Shown: positions 62,534 to 64,000 of the stretch, one piece after another
Layout of the letters: every line of letters starts with the position of its first letter
How positions within the stretch are numbered: the stretch's first letter is position 1
NCBI GenBank assembly: GCA_964106915.2
Contig: OZ066924.1
DNA length: 64,000 nt
DNA from: Podarcis gaigeae
Taxonomy: Eukaryota
Reading direction: 5' to 3' (one strand)
Translations under genes and position numbers: made by a program
Notes under the pieces: model-generated
Database searches by the model: none
What the model was told of the DNA's origin: nothing
The model's input: the letters and a program-made list of their open reading frames with translations, nothing else

Positions 62534-64000
62534 AAAAATTGATAAATCCAAGTTGAAACCCTAACACAAAGTCTTTACTTTAAAAAAATAAATGGAAAAG
62601 AACAGCCAATTTTGTAACAAAAAATAAAATGCGAAGAAGAGACTGCCTGCTTGCATCCCCCAACCCCACTAAGCCACTTTGACAGTTGATGGGGCTGTGC
62701 CCCTGTCAATCACCCAACATGCCTGGTGACAATTTTTTCCCTTGTAGTGGGACAAGCTGAGTGATGGTAACTCCAAGCTTGCTTTTAACATGAATCAGCT
62801 GCACAGCCAATCCAATAACTTGAAGTTATTGCTTATTACCATTGATAGGCACTGATAAGACCACTAGAGCTCGACATGCTCTGTTTTGGGCAGGGGTCAA
62901 CTGCACTAGGTTCCTCCAAAGCATAATCAAGGAGAACACTTTTAAGATTCCTGCATCTCTACCTGCCCCACACCTGACATCACATATGATGGGCATGGTT
63001 TGGGGAAAATGGCCTGATGGGCCAAACTGGGGCCCCTGCCAGGCCTATTAGGCCTGTGAGCTGGAGGTTTTCCACCCCTGGCCTACTGGATTAACCCACT
63101 GGGAACAGCAACAATCCTTTACCAATGTCATACCCCAGGTCTATCCCAGGTATTCCTCTAAATACTTTCCATCCTCGCATCCACCATATTTGCAGTTTAA
63201 CACAGGATAGTAAGAAATAAAAATGAAAGTACTTTTTTTTAGTTATTTGTTTAATTATGTCGTATTGCAGAACATCTATTATTAAACTTAAATTTTTTAA
63301 TGGGTGATGTACAGGTGGGTTTCAGGATTGCAATCTCCAAGGAATAAGTTGTTGGGAGGATCAGTGCATGACTCACTGGGGGCTTTCATAAAACAAAATT
63401 ATAAATCTGGCATATACCTCACAGCATTACTCTAGCTCACAGAGCTATCCCAAATCACAACTAGCTGCGTTCCAGATTTATAAATTGCATAACTCCCATC
63501 GTAAGCAAGAAGAGCAGCAAGTGCTGAATTACCATAAATTATACATTAAGCACTGGGATATCCCTTTGTGAATTTCAAAAGCTATAAAAGATAGATATGC
63601 TGTGCAGATATTTAAGCCTACCTAATTGCCCCATGCTGAGGACTCTGAAATGATCCAAAGGGTTGCTATGTAAAACATTTGTATGTGGCAATTTCTGTGG
63701 GCGTAGGATCTTTTAGTGTGAGCTCAGCTAATTCTCTGGATTGCAGACACTATCCAGTACACACAGATACATTTAATTAAGGATGGAATCACATTCTACA
63801 TTGGCAGCAAAGCTTGTCATTTGAACACAAGGGCTTGCAATTCTAAAAAGAACAGATTCCCCAGATGGGAACCTGGAGTGCACCCAGTCAATATTTGTAA
63901 GCAAGACATGGGGAAAAGGGGCGGAGAGTCCATAGCCATAACCTCCTTCAGGTTTGAATACTCATACATATGTGGGAGTATCAGTAGATGCAATAGAAAG

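Noticed and set aside
107-63051. Most ORFs in the supplied six-frame track
   Set aside because: They are short, lack splice or homology support and are expected by chance. Only those overlapping SLF1 exons (43126, 47595, 53243, 55257) or LINE fragments (33463, 36780, 57649, 61661) are meaningful.
63375-63485. Minus-strand SNAVRY resembling the next upstream SLF1 exon
   Set aside because: The frame stops five codons later, there is no polypyrimidine tract, and it lies within a TTATAAATCTGG inverted repeat. The upstream exon is probably outside the window.

Overview
Vertebrate nuclear DNA, not prokaryotic. The repeat content (Sauria SINE with an ACCTTT tail, tRNA-Lys/CR1-tail SINEs, squamate MITEs) points to a squamate, probably a lacertid lizard. 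Two genes converge tail to tail, as I recall they do in mammals. MCTP1 (+ strand) contributes its last six coding exons (1-21, 10603-10656, 26991-27100, 28351-28460, 29386-29483, 30990-31061 with TAG). SLF1/ANKRD32 (- strand) contributes its last eleven coding exons (61250 down to the stop at 43126), including the ankyrin repeats. All exons were spliced by hand: junctions are GT-AG, phases are consistent and there are no internal stops. Almost all ORFs in the supplied track are spurious. The rest is intron or intergenic DNA with L1, CR1 and L2 LINE fragments, SINEs, hAT and Tigger/pogo MITEs, probable solo LTRs and microsatellites. The best structural find is a young 5'-truncated L1 in an SLF1 intron with the full signature of a 3' transduction: two poly(A) tails enclosing a 78-nt unique segment, all inside a perfect 16-bp target-site duplication. 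Next are a MITE whose end closely resembles mammalian Tigger1, and SINEs with two different tRNA heads on one shared tail. I found no support for a wholly new gene system. Gene and repeat-family identifications rest on recalled sequences; no database search was run.
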